Notes: generated by a model not told the origin, from the letters alone. Counted from the first letter of the stretch, positions 45,884-55,910 are shown. The stretch: DNA of 64,000 bases from Candidatus Saccharimonadota bacterium (GCA_024635455.1 JAGXIU010000003.1:226446-290445), one strand, 5' to 3'. Made by a program: numbers and translations.

Positions 45884-47236
45884 CTACGATTTCAAGTAAG
45901 TGTTGAGTGCTGTACGTACGCTTGAAACACCCTTGTACTGCTTAGGCTGTGCTTTGCCTTGCAATACCGGGCCGACTGCCTCGTCGAACCCAAGTTTACG
46001 TGCTTCCTGAATTCGCTTATCAATATGGGGTACGTGTCGCACTTCACCCGATAAGCCAAGCTCGCCAAACACAACTGCATTCTTGCTTAGCTGCATTGAC
46101 TTTGCTGCAGAGGCAATTGCCATAGCTACAGCTAAATCACCGGCAGGTTCTTGTAGGCGTATGCCGCCGACAATATTCACGTATACATCCATATCAGCCA
46201 GCTTGAGCTTTGTGCGCCGCTCTAACATGGCAATGAGTAGCTGGAGCCGGTTCAAGTCCATACCGCTAGCGGCTCGTTTTGGATATCCATAATTGGTTTG
46301 GTTAACTAACGCTTGCACCTCAACCAGCAACGGTCGTGTTCCTTCCATGGTTGCCAATACCACCGATCCATCTGTTTGCTGCCGTTCGGCCAATAGCGCG
46401 GCTGATGGATTTTTAACGACTTCAAGTCCACTGCCTTTCATTTCAAAAAGAGCAGAATCTTCAGTCGAACCATACCGATTCTTGATTGCTCGCAGTATCT
46501 TAAAGCCACCGTATCTATCACCCTCAAGCTGTAATACGACATCAACGATATGCTCGAGTAGCTTCGGCCCTGCGATAGAGCCCTCTTTTGTAACATGCCC
46601 AACTAATATTAGCGCCGTGTTTGATTGCTTGGCTGCATAACTAAGCATCTTTGTGCTATTGGTAATTTGCGACATAGAGCCTGCAGCTGAGCTAATGTCG
46701 TTACAAGCGACTGTCTGAATAGAGTCTACGACCACTATGTCATAGTCACCCTGACTGATGGTGGCGGAGATATCGTCCGTTACATTAGTAGCGACGATAT
46801 GTAATAGATTAGAAGAAATACCGAGTCGTTTCGCGCGCAAACCCACCTGGTGAGTTGATTCCTCACCACTTATATAAAGCACCTGCTTGTTTTTGGCTAT
46901 AGCATGAGCAATTTGTAAGAGTATTGTGCTCTTGCCGATTCCGGGCTGACCAGCCAATAAGTTCACGCTACCTGCGACAAAACCACCTCCAAGTAGCACA
47001 TCAACATCAGCGATGGCTGTCTGCAGCCTTGGTTCATCGTGAGCGACAGCATCAGAAACTGAATCAGGTTTTAGAATACTTCCCGCTGAACTGTTCTTTG
47101 AGGTACCTGGCTTCGCGCCAACAATAACTGATTCCTCGAGAGTGTTCCATTCACCGCAGGTAAAACACTTCCCGCTCCAGCGTTGCGACTCACCGCCACA
47201 ACTGCTACATATATAGACTGTCTTATCCTTTGCCAT
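45884..47236 (-). CDS. radA: DNA repair protein RadA/Sms
   Basis: CSSCGGESQRWSGKCFTCGEWN zinc finger, GQPGIGKST Walker A, KNRYG, and a Lon-like C-terminal domain. Confidence 0.95.
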   Translation of the reverse strand: MAKDKTVYICSSCGGESQRWSGKCFTCGEWNTLEESVIVGAKPGTSKNSSAGSILKPDSVSDAVAHDEPRLQTAIADVDVLLGGGFVAGSVNLLAGQPGIGKSTILLQIAHAIAKNKQVLYISGEESTHQVGLRAKRLGISSNLLHIVATNVTDDISATISQGDYDIVVVDSIQTVACNDISSAAGSMSQITNSTKMLSYAAKQSNTALILVGHVTKEGSIAGPKLLEHIVDVVLQLEGDRYGGFKILRAIKNRYGSTEDSALFEMKGSGLEVVKNPSAALLAERQQTDGSVVLATMEGTRPLLVEVQALVNQTNYGYPKRAASGMDLNRLQLLIAMLERRTKLKLADMDVYVNIVGGIRLQEPAGDLAVAMAIASAAKSMQLSKNAVVFGELGLSGEVRHVPHIDKRIQEARKLGFDEAVGPVLQGKAQPKQYKGVSSVRTALNTYLKS

Positions 47237-47239
47237 CAG

Positions 47240-48223
47240 TTAGAGCTCCTCATTTGCGTCAAAGCGACGCGGCCTACTATCGATTGAGTCAATCAGTGAC
47301 TCATGTGCGAGCGCGGCTGCGTTTCTTTCGGACACTAGTTCATTGTATGCGTCTATCATATCACCCAATCGAGCCACCTCTTGGTTGTAGGTAACGACCC
47401 CCTGGTTGAAGCTAGCGATACCGTTGTTATAGGCGGAAATATTTTCTTGCTCGAGCAGTCGATTCAGCTGCTCCCTCTCTTGCTCCAGCTGACCTGCCCT
47501 GGCCTCCATTTCAACCTGAAGTGACTCAATACTCGCCTGCTCCTGCTTAAGACGAGCGTCAAGCTGATCTACACGTTGCCTGGCCTTCTCAAACACACTG
47601 GCATACTGGTCACTGAGATCGACGATTTGTAATCTATCGTCAAAATACTGTGCATAATAATCTTCTAGCTCAGGGGTTAGTTGCCGTACTTCCGTAGCCA
47701 GAATCGAATGTAATTCGTTCAAGACTACAGCTGAATCTCGTTGACGATAAGCTTCAATTGTTTCTTGTATCCGCTCGTCATCTAGCTGATTGAAGAACGC
47801 AAGATTCAATTGGTCAATACGCTCACGTTCTGAGCTTGACAATCTCTCATAGGCAACATGAAGCATTTCATGGGCAGCGGTTACTTGACGAACACCCGAG
47901 AGCTGCTCATCATCAACGTCGAATATATATATTCCAGCTCGGCTAATGTAGCACCCGAGTACAATCGACTTCTCAGCTATCGTACAACGCTGACGGAACG
48001 TATCTGTATTCAGTAGCTGTGGGTCATATACATAAAAATAACGCCGCGCAAGCTCAGTCATAGTAGTATCGTTTGCGAGTTGCTCAATACTACTCGTTGG
48101 CTCATAGTCACGCAATAACCACCAGTCTATGACTTGATCTTGGCGGAACACAATAAACAGACTCAGCCCAATAACAACGACTGATACTATCCCAGCAGAA
48201 AACTTTCCTAGGCTGCGCAACAT
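47240..48223 (-). CDS. membrane-anchored HExxH (putative metallopeptidase-like) protein with a long coiled-coil C-terminus
   Basis: N-terminal TM segment (AGIVSVVVIGLSLFIVF), HEMLH motif, and a heptad-like Q/E/L/R-rich C-terminal half. Confidence 0.65.
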   Translation of the reverse strand: MLRSLGKFSAGIVSVVVIGLSLFIVFRQDQVIDWWLLRDYEPTSSIEQLANDTTMTELARRYFYVYDPQLLNTDTFRQRCTIAEKSIVLGCYISRAGIYIFDVDDEQLSGVRQVTAAHEMLHVAYERLSSSERERIDQLNLAFFNQLDDERIQETIEAYRQRDSAVVLNELHSILATEVRQLTPELEDYYAQYFDDRLQIVDLSDQYASVFEKARQRVDQLDARLKQEQASIESLQVEMEARAGQLEQEREQLNRLLEQENISAYNNGIASFNQGVVTYNQEVARLGDMIDAYNELVSERNAAALAHESLIDSIDSRPRRFDANEEL

Positions 48224-48247
48224 GGCTCTATCATACGATATATTCGC

Positions 48248-50767
48248 CTAAGATACAGGTTGAACTTTATCGTGACGAGCATTACCTGTCTCGGTTTTAA
48301 CCTTAAATACCGGTTCGTGCTTGCGGGCGCTCATCTGAATGATGTCTCCGCGCTCTGCATTTCCCTCCAGTAAAGCAACTGCAACGTAATCCTCAACTGT
48401 ATCAGCTAGCAATCGGCGCATTGGGCGTACGCCATTATGTGGATCATAGCCCTTCTCGAGTAAGTACCGCTTACCAGTTGTAGTGACCTCTAGGCCAAGG
48501 CCGTGCTTCAGCAGACGTTCTCGCAAATCTTTTAGCTGCAGTTCGAGTATCTTCTGAACGTTCTTTTTCGTCAGTGCACGAAATACAATCGTTTTATCAA
48601 TACGGTTGAGCAGCTCTGGCCGAAGCATATTCTTGAGTTCGTCCAAGGCTTTTTCTTTATTCGATTCATGTAGTACATCGAGGTTTTCAACATCTTTTGG
48701 TGATTCTGCACTGAATCCAAGCGATGCTTCCTTTTGCAACTTCTCTGCCCCGACGTTACTCGTCATTATGATGATGGTATTGGTAAAGTCGATTTTTCTC
48801 CCCTTCGCATCAGTCAACACGCCGTCCTCAAGTATCTGCAGGAGCATGTGGAAGAAATCAGGGTGAGCTTTCTCTATCTCATCAAACAAGACAAGGCTAT
48901 AGGGCTGTCGGCGAACCTTATCAGTTAGTTGTCCACCGTCATCATACCCAACAAAACCTGCAGGAGCACCCACCAACCGTGAGGTTGTATGACGCTCAGC
49001 AAACTCACTCATATCAATCTTGACTAGTGCCTCGCTGCCACCAAAAAATTCGTTGGCCAGTGTACGGGCCAATTCTGTCTTTCCCACACCAGTTGGGCCA
49101 AGAAAGATGAATGAACCAATTGGACGCTGCTCAGCGCTAATCCCGGTACGGTTCCGTCGGATCGCCTTGGATACAGCAGTAACTGCCTCAGATTGGCCAA
49201 TAATATTTGAGGAAAGGTTTTTCTCAAGGTTTATCAAATACTTCGCTTCGGATTTGATGACCTTTTGTACTGGCACACCGGTAATACGAGATACAACCTC
49301 CGCAACATGCTCGCTATTTAGCTTGAGACTTTTTGCTGCGCTCGTTTTCTTTTCGAGTACACGAAGCTCCTCCTGAATACGACTTGATTTGGTTTTATAG
49401 ACAGCTGCCTTTTCGTAATTCTCCGCATCAGCTGCTTCTTCTCTCCTCAGATTAATGAGTTGAAGTTCTTTTCGTAAATCACGCACCTTTGATGGTGTCT
49501 TACCCTTATCTACGCGAACGTGAGCTGCTGTCTCGTCCAGCAAGTCAATGGCCTTGTCTGGCATGAATCTGTCGTTGATGTAGCGCTTCGCCAGCGCAAC
49601 AGTGTTCTCGATCAACTCATCGCTAATCTCGACGTTATGATACTGCTCATAGTGCTTTCGTAGGCCTTTGAGTATTGCTACCGTTTCTGCCTCATTTGTT
49701 TCTGGAACTTGAATTGGCTGAAAGCGGCGTTCAAGCGCAACGTCTTTTTCTATATGCTTCGTGTATTCCTGAGTTGTAGTAGCACCAATCACCTGAATCT
49801 TACCGCGCGATAAGGCTGGCTTGAGTATATTACCGGCATCCATTGATCCCTCTGCCGATCCAGCGCCAACGATAAGATGAAGCTCATCAATAAAGAGAAT
49901 TACATGCTCATCGTCTTCCACCTCTTTCATGACTTTTTTCAGTCTATCCTCGAACTCACCACGATATTTTGTACCGGCGACCATAGCCGCAAGATCAAGC
50001 GTAATAATTCGTTTATCTAAGAGAGAATCAGGGACATCTTCGGACACAACGCGCTGAGCTAACCCCTCGACGATTGCCGTTTTACCAACGCCAGGTTCTC
50101 CTATTAATACCGGGTTGTTCTTGGTGCGACGGTTAAGAATAGTTATGACGCGTCGAATTTGATTTTCTCGCCCAACAACTGGATCAAGTGTACTATTCCG
50201 AGCTTCCTCAGTTAAGTCGGTACCAAAGTAATCGAGCAAAGTTTTCTTACGCTTCTTACTTCGCTTACTATTGAGCTTCTGTGCTATGTCATCGCCATCA
50301 TACTGTTGTTTGTTAAGAAACTGTTCGAGGTCCTGCACTAAGCCATCAACGTCTATGCTCATATCTTGCAGTAAGGTTGTCGCCCGAGCGTTTTTTTGCG
50401 TCAAAATACTGTAGAGAATGTGCTCGGTGCCACAGTAATCTTGGTTATAATCTTGAGCAATTTCATATGCCATCTTGAGCGTTAGCTTTGCTGTCTCACT
50501 CAAACCCTTTGAACCCATGTTCAAAACAAGGGTTTTTGGCGTAAGGTTCAACGCCATACGGGCACGGTCAAGCGTAATGCCAGCTCCTTCGAGCAACTTT
50601 GAGCCCATGCTCGATTGCTGGGCTAGCACACCAAGCAAAAGGTGTTCTGTACCAATATAAGCACTGCCGAAACTACGCGCAATTGTAGTAGCATGGTGCA
50701 AACTCGCCTGCGCATTGTCAGTTAGGTTGTGTAAAAAATCTTGAAAATCTGGTGAATTAGGCATCAT
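48248..50767 (-). CDS. clpC: Clp ATPase, ClpC-type (two AAA+ modules, Clp-N repeats, short UVR-like middle domain)
   Basis: GEPGVGKTA and GPTGVGKTE Walker A motifs. [10 protein letters not shown] is a UVR-like motif. An LGF loop is compatible with ClpP docking. Confidence 0.9.
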   Translation of the reverse strand: MMPNSPDFQDFLHNLTDNAQASLHHATTIARSFGSAYIGTEHLLLGVLAQQSSMGSKLLEGAGITLDRARMALNLTPKTLVLNMGSKGLSETAKLTLKMAYEIAQDYNQDYCGTEHILYSILTQKNARATTLLQDMSIDVDGLVQDLEQFLNKQQYDGDDIAQKLNSKRSKKRKKTLLDYFGTDLTEEARNSTLDPVVGRENQIRRVITILNRRTKNNPVLIGEPGVGKTAIVEGLAQRVVSEDVPDSLLDKRIITLDLAAMVAGTKYRGEFEDRLKKVMKEVEDDEHVILFIDELHLIVGAGSAEGSMDAGNILKPALSRGKIQVIGATTTQEYTKHIEKDVALERRFQPIQVPETNEAETVAILKGLRKHYEQYHNVEISDELIENTVALAKRYINDRFMPDKAIDLLDETAAHVRVDKGKTPSKVRDLRKELQLINLRREEAADAENYEKAAVYKTKSSRIQEELRVLEKKTSAAKSLKLNSEHVAEVVSRITGVPVQKVIKSEAKYLINLEKNLSSNIIGQSEAVTAVSKAIRRNRTGISAEQRPIGSFIFLGPTGVGKTELARTLANEFFGGSEALVKIDMSEFAERHTTSRLVGAPAGFVGYDDGGQLTDKVRRQPYSLVLFDEIEKAHPDFFHMLLQILEDGVLTDAKGRKIDFTNTIIIMTSNVGAEKLQKEASLGFSAESPKDVENLDVLHESNKEKALDELKNMLRPELLNRIDKTIVFRALTKKNVQKILELQLKDLRERLLKHGLGLEVTTTGKRYLLEKGYDPHNGVRPMRRLLADTVEDYVAVALLEGNAERGDIIQMSARKHEPVFKVKTETGNARHDKVQPVS

Positions 50768-50835
50768 TGTTTTTGTCGCCCTCGCTTATTACGTTGTCAT
50801 GCACCGTGCTATTGGGCATACTTACATAATAGCAC

Positions 50836-50862
50836 TTAGCACTCTCAGGTCAAGAGTGCTAA
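50836..50862. promoter_or_regulatory. perfect CIRCE inverted repeat (HrcA operator) upstream of clpC
   Basis: TTAGCACTC-TCAGGTCAA-GAGTGCTAA. Confidence 0.8.
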
Positions 50863-50925
50863 GTTACTGAAAAGATACAATCGTGCTATTTATAGCATAC
50901 TACATTATTGTAGTAAAGTCAATGC

Positions 50926-52182
50926 CTATTGCCCATGCTCTTCGATTGCGTCCAGTAGTGAGCTTTCGAGTTCTGACTTTTTCTTAAGCTTCTGTACAAC
51001 TTGGCGAGACTCAGGTGTTGATTTTTCACTGTTATTCTCAGCTTTTTTTGGTTGCTTGTCTTGTTCGCTCTTCTGTTGGTCATTATTTTCTTGCGTATTC
51101 TTCTGCTTATCTTCTGGTTGCATATCTGCCTCCTCTTTCTCTTCATTTTCAGTTTCTGATGCGATATCTAGCTCATAGCCAGTAAGCTTCGACGCAAGCC
51201 GGACATTCTGTCCGCTTCGTCCGATTGCAATGCTTAGCTGATCTTCAGGCACAATAACCTTTGCTTTACTATCTTTAATTTCTACTTCAGTAACCTTTGT
51301 TGGACTGAGTGCGTTAATGATGTAAGTCTTTGGATCTTCGGACCATACGACGATATCAATCTTTTCTTGTTCCCCGATCTCACTCATGACTGCATTGACA
51401 CGAGTGCCATGTCCGCCAACAAAAGTACCTACTGGGTCAACACCCTGGACGCTACTAGCGACTGCTAACTTGGTTCGGACACCAGCTTCACGGGCGATTT
51501 CTTTTATCTCAACCGCACCACCTTCCATCTCTGGTACTTCATTACGGAATAACCACTCCACGAATGCAGTGTTGCCACGGCTCACCACGAGCTGCGGACC
51601 GCGAAAACCACGCTCCACGTCCTTCAGAAACACTTTTAGACGCTGACCTGGATGGTAGCGTTCGCCTTGAATCTGCTCGCTGCGCGGCATAATACCTTGC
51701 GCTTTGCCAAGATCAACCCGCACAATATTACCTTCGACTCGAGAGACAATAGCATTAATAAGTGTGCCGATCTTGTCTTCATACTCATTGAGAATAATCT
51801 CACGCTCCGCTTCACGTAAACGTTGAAGCACCACTTGCTTAGCAGTTTGAGCTGCCACCCGACCGAAATCTTTCAAGTCTTGATGGACTTCAATTAAGTC
51901 ACCTTCTTTAGCATCTTTTTTCATAACTTTGGCGTCTGACAAGCTAATTTCAGAACGTTCATGCTCAACCTGCTTGACGACTTCTTTGCTTGCATAAATA
52001 TCGACATCACCGTTGTTTAGGTTGATGGTTACTCGAACTTCTTGCTCTCGATCACCATGATCGCGCCGATAAGCTGCTGCTAAAGCTTGTTCGACAACTT
52101 CTTTTACGGCATCTTCTTCGAGGCTTTTCTCCTCAGCAATTGCTCGTACCGCAGTAGCAATTTGTTTAAAGTCAAAATCCAT
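50926..52182 (-). CDS. nusA: transcription termination/antitermination factor NusA with a low-complexity charged C-terminal tail
   Basis: NTD, S1 and two KH regions (IGRSGQNVRLASKLTG). 418 aa. Confidence 0.94.
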   Translation of the reverse strand: MDFDFKQIATAVRAIAEEKSLEEDAVKEVVEQALAAAYRRDHGDREQEVRVTINLNNGDVDIYASKEVVKQVEHERSEISLSDAKVMKKDAKEGDLIEVHQDLKDFGRVAAQTAKQVVLQRLREAEREIILNEYEDKIGTLINAIVSRVEGNIVRVDLGKAQGIMPRSEQIQGERYHPGQRLKVFLKDVERGFRGPQLVVSRGNTAFVEWLFRNEVPEMEGGAVEIKEIAREAGVRTKLAVASSVQGVDPVGTFVGGHGTRVNAVMSEIGEQEKIDIVVWSEDPKTYIINALSPTKVTEVEIKDSKAKVIVPEDQLSIAIGRSGQNVRLASKLTGYELDIASETENEEKEEADMQPEDKQKNTQENNDQQKSEQDKQPKKAENNSEKSTPESRQVVQKLKKKSELESSLLDAIEEHGQ

Positions 52183-52213
52183 ATTATCTCTCTTTCTTTA
52201 TGGTTCATCCTAT

Positions 52214-52242
52214 GAAAAAATCCGACCATAATATGGCCGGAT
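52214..52242 (-). terminator. hairpin plus U6 in the nusA 5' leader (candidate attenuator)
   Basis: Minus-strand RNA AUCCGGCC-AUAUUAU-GGUCGGAU (8 bp, one G.U) followed by UUUUUU, 31 nt before the nusA ATG. Confidence 0.5.
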
Positions 52243-52253
52243 CAGTCGCTAAC

Positions 52254-52282
52254 ATATTATCCTACAAATGCATGAAAGTCAA
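52254..52282 (-). promoter_or_regulatory. putative promoter TTGACT-17-TAATAT for nusA
   Basis: -35 at 52282-52277 and -10 at 52259-52254. Confidence 0.55.
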
Positions 52283-52322
52283 TGTGTTTTTATATTATTT
52301 CATCTGTTAGAATGAACATAAT

Positions 52323-54941
52323 ATGGGAAAACAAGTAAAACACCTACTAGCATATTTTCAGCCCAAGCATTACAACTTGCAGCTTGATCTAGATAAATCG
52401 GAAATGACATTTCGTGGCGAGCTCCAGTTGACTGGGAAAAAAGTCGGTAGACCGACAAAGCGTATTACACTACACCAAAACGGACTCACGGTGAGTAAGG
52501 CGTTTATTCTTAAAACCGATAAAGGCTCAACTCATGAGGTACCGGTAACTCGCATTGTGAAGCAAGACTCATTCGATGAGGTCCGCTTACACACCGATGA
52601 ACAGCTTTACCCGGGAAACTACACTATAAAGCTCGAGTTTTCAGGAGATATTACCCAACAAATGAATGGCGTATACCCATGTAACTTCATGCACGACGGG
52701 CAAAAGAAACAACTACTCGCGACTCAGTTCGAGAGCCACCATGCAAGAGAAGTGTTCCCTTGCATCGACGAGCCTGCCGCCAAGGCAACCTTCAGCCTTA
52801 AGCTTTCGACTGATACTGACGAAACCGTTCTATCCAATACGCCGATTGAAGATCAAAAAACCAAAGGAAATCGACTCATTACCCAGTTTGAAAAAACACC
52901 GATTATGAGCACCTACTTGTTAGCGTTTGTCGTAGGAGAGATGGATTACAAAGAGACAAAAACGAATGCTGGTGTCGTCATCCGTGGCTACACCACTCCT
53001 GATAATGTTGACTATGTTGATTTTGCACTAGACGTTGCTAGGCAGTGCATAGAGTTCTATGATGAATACTTTGCAATATCATATCCATTAGAAAAATGTG
53101 ATTTGATCGCCTTGCCTGATTTCTCATCTGGTGCGATGGAGAATTGGGGTTGTATAACCTTCCGTGAGCAAACCTTACTGGTGGATCCAGCGCACACTGC
53201 TCTTTCGACCAAGCAATATGTTGCCATGGTTGTAGCGCATGAGTTAGCCCACCAATGGTTTGGTAACCTCGTCACCATGCGATGGTGGACTGACCTATGG
53301 CTCAACGAGGGATTCGCTAGTTGGATTGAGTTCTTGGCGATCGACACGCTATTTCCCGACTGGGATATGTGGACGCAGTTTACCTCGAGCGAGCAGCAGC
53401 AAGCTATGCGGCTCGACACCCTAGAGCACACACACCCTGTAGAAGTACCAGTCAACAGTCCGGATGAAATCCGTACAATCTTTGATGCAATCAGCTACAG
53501 CAAGGGCGCCAGCGTAATCCATATGCTCCATGAATATCTCGGACCGAAAGATTTTCGTATTGGGCTACAGCATTATCTTAAATCCCATGCCTATAGCAAT
53601 ACTGATACAGTTGATCTATGGCAGGCTCTCGAGGATAGTAGTCACAAGCCGGTTCGTGCATTTATGCATGACTGGACATCGCAGACTGGCTATCCAGTTG
53701 TACGTGCGGATGTGGATCTGCCAAACGTAACGCTACGACAACACCGTTTTATGACCAACCCAGAAAAAGGTGAAACCAGTAAAACACTTTGGCCAATCCC
53801 GCTTCTGCTTCCAGAGCTTCCCGATGAAGATACCCTTGAAGACAAAAAAACCAAACTTACCTATACTTCCGATGAAATCTTTAAACTAAACCACGGTCAG
53901 AGTGGTTTTTATCGAACCGTATACAATAACAGCCACTTGCATACTCTCGGTAGTTACGTAAAGAAAGGGCGACTGAAGCCATTGGATAGAATCGGTATCC
54001 TGTCTGATGCGTTTGAGGCAGCACGGTACGGGTATTCAGATACGACTGAAGTAATCGCATTGCTAGAAAACTTCTTCGAGGAAGACAGTTACGCTGTTTG
54101 GGAAATTATCACAAGCTGGATTGGCTCGTTACGACTTGTCATGGACGACGAGGAATTACGCGAAGCCATTAAACCGTTTGTTCGAGCATTGATTGCGTCA
54201 CAGCTAAAGCGTTTAGGCTGGGAACAGAAAGATGCTGATAGTCACTTTGATAGATTGTTGCGTCCAATTATTATTGGCATGGCGGCTTCAGCTGACGAAG
54301 CTTGGGTAGTAGAAAAGTGCCAGGAGTTATTTGATAGCGTCGATACAGCCAATGATCTGCGAGCAGACTTAGGTACTGTACCGAGTAGTAAAAAGATAAA
54401 GCGTGGGCTCATTCACCCAGACTTACGCGGCGCGGTCTTTGGGACCGTCGCAAAAAGAGGTGACAAAGCAACCTTTGACAAGTTAGTCCGCATGCATAAC
54501 AAAGCTCACTTAAGCGAAGAAAAAACTACACTTGCCGCAGCCATCACCTCGTTTCAGCAACCAGAACTAATATCCGAATCGCTGAAAATGATTCGATCTT
54601 CAGATGTGCGCCTACAAGACGTTTCCTATTGGATAATCTATAGTTTCATGAACCGTCACGCCAAACAGCAGACTTGGCAATGGCTTAAAGATAACTGGTC
54701 GTGGCTTGAAGAGAACTTTTCGAACGATCTGAGCTTCTATCGAATGCCCCTATACGTTGCAAGAGCCTTCAGCGATGTGTCATTTCGGCCTGAGTTCGAA
54801 GCTTTCTTCACGAGCAAAATGAGTGGCGGATTAGAGCGCTCTTACAAGCAATCCCTGGAAATGCTCGACTGGCAGGCAGCCTGGAAGAAACGCAGTTTGA
54901 AAACTACCAAGCACTACTTTACGTCCAAATATCGTCAATAA
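52323..54941 (+). CDS. pepN: M1-family aminopeptidase N
   Basis: GAMENWG exopeptidase motif and HELAHQWFGNLVT...WLNEGFA zinc site. 872 aa. Confidence 0.93.
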   Translation: MGKQVKHLLAYFQPKHYNLQLDLDKSEMTFRGELQLTGKKVGRPTKRITLHQNGLTVSKAFILKTDKGSTHEVPVTRIVKQDSFDEVRLHTDEQLYPGNYTIKLEFSGDITQQMNGVYPCNFMHDGQKKQLLATQFESHHAREVFPCIDEPAAKATFSLKLSTDTDETVLSNTPIEDQKTKGNRLITQFEKTPIMSTYLLAFVVGEMDYKETKTNAGVVIRGYTTPDNVDYVDFALDVARQCIEFYDEYFAISYPLEKCDLIALPDFSSGAMENWGCITFREQTLLVDPAHTALSTKQYVAMVVAHELAHQWFGNLVTMRWWTDLWLNEGFASWIEFLAIDTLFPDWDMWTQFTSSEQQQAMRLDTLEHTHPVEVPVNSPDEIRTIFDAISYSKGASVIHMLHEYLGPKDFRIGLQHYLKSHAYSNTDTVDLWQALEDSSHKPVRAFMHDWTSQTGYPVVRADVDLPNVTLRQHRFMTNPEKGETSKTLWPIPLLLPELPDEDTLEDKKTKLTYTSDEIFKLNHGQSGFYRTVYNNSHLHTLGSYVKKGRLKPLDRIGILSDAFEAARYGYSDTTEVIALLENFFEEDSYAVWEIITSWIGSLRLVMDDEELREAIKPFVRALIASQLKRLGWEQKDADSHFDRLLRPIIIGMAASADEAWVVEKCQELFDSVDTANDLRADLGTVPSSKKIKRGLIHPDLRGAVFGTVAKRGDKATFDKLVRMHNKAHLSEEKTTLAAAITSFQQPELISESLKMIRSSDVRLQDVSYWIIYSFMNRHAKQQTWQWLKDNWSWLEENFSNDLSFYRMPLYVARAFSDVSFRPEFEAFFTSKMSGGLERSYKQSLEMLDWQAAWKKRSLKTTKHYFTSKYRQ

Positions 54942-55257
54942 AATCTACATCTGAACCGTCGACTGATATAACCGCCAACTGGTACTGTCCACGGTAGCTA
55001 TGCTCCTGTACCCAAGACTGTGCGGCATATACCATCTGCTTGAGTTTTGTATCTGTAACGTACTGGGCACCACTGCCCTGACTCATACTTGAGCGCCGCT
55101 TAACCTCAACGAAATACAGACGGCGCTTTCGTTTGGCGATGATATCAATCTCATAACGAGCAGTACGGTAGTTCCTATGTAGTATCTTGAATTTATTCCC
55201 TCGTAAATACTGCTCGGCAATATCTTCGCCGTAAATTCCAGAATCAGTAGACTTCAT
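54919..55257 (-). CDS. YraN-family (UPF0102) endonuclease-like protein
   Basis: GEDIAEQYLRGNKFKILHRNYRTARYEIDIIA...YFVEVKRR. It follows rnhB with an ATGA overlap. Confidence 0.85.
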   Translation of the reverse strand: MKSTDSGIYGEDIAEQYLRGNKFKILHRNYRTARYEIDIIAKRKRRLYFVEVKRRSSMSQGSGAQYVTDTKLKQMVYAAQSWVQEHSYRGQYQLAVISVDGSDVDFIDDIWT

Positions 55258-55823
55258 GATAATCCTTTAAGGAGTTGCTTGATTGGTTTAAACGACACAC
55301 GGTGTATGTCAGAAACACCGTGATCGAGCAAAGCCTGCCTATGTTGAGCTGTCCCATAACCGACGTGTGAGGCAAAACCGTAGCAGTCGTACTTTGTATC
55401 CAGCTCTTGCATGTACGTATCGCGGGCTACTTTTGCAACGATACTACTCGCGCTTACTGCTGGAATGGAGCCGTCAGCTCGTACAATTGCCTTCGTCTTC
55501 TTTGGCGTCAGTCCATCAAGAAAGTTATAAGATCCATCAATGATGATTTCGTCATACAGATGTTTGTCTATTTGATTCAATGCTCGCTGCATGGCCAAAC
55601 GAACCGATTGCGTCAGGCCGAGATTATCGACTTCTCGTGATGAGACCCAGCCCAAGCCAACACTTGCTGAATCGTTAATCAAATCAGCCATAAACTGTCG
55701 TGACTTAGCAGAAAGCTTTTTAGAATCTTGTAAGCCCGGAACCTCAGCATGCAATACTACTGCACCCGCTACGAGCGGTCCAGCCCAACATCCGCGACCT
55801 ACTTCATCAATGCCAACAATCAT
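55254..55823 (-). CDS. rnhB: ribonuclease HII
   Basis: IVGIDEVGRGCWAGPLVAGAV and DSKKLS motifs. Confidence 0.92.
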   Translation of the reverse strand: MIVGIDEVGRGCWAGPLVAGAVVLHAEVPGLQDSKKLSAKSRQFMADLINDSASVGLGWVSSREVDNLGLTQSVRLAMQRALNQIDKHLYDEIIIDGSYNFLDGLTPKKTKAIVRADGSIPAVSASSIVAKVARDTYMQELDTKYDCYGFASHVGYGTAQHRQALLDHGVSDIHRVSFKPIKQLLKGLS

Positions 55824-55841
55824 ATATCTAGTATAGTATCA

Positions 55842-55876
55842 AAAAAGTGTCCGCTTTTATCAGCAGGACACTTTTT
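55842..55876 (-). terminator. intrinsic terminator after rplS (symmetric A/T-flanked hairpin)
   Basis: AAAAAGTGTCC (55842-55852) pairs with GGACACTTTTT (55866-55876). On the minus strand it is followed by a T-run. Confidence 0.65.
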
Positions 55877-55910
55877 AAACGTACGTAAGCTTCTCAACTA
55901 AATGATTATG

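Noticed and set aside
52220-52242. The nusA-leader hairpin acting as a terminator for the divergent pepN gene
   Set aside because: pepN is transcribed away from this hairpin. The G.U pairing and the U-run only work on the minus strand, so the hairpin belongs to the nusA transcription unit.
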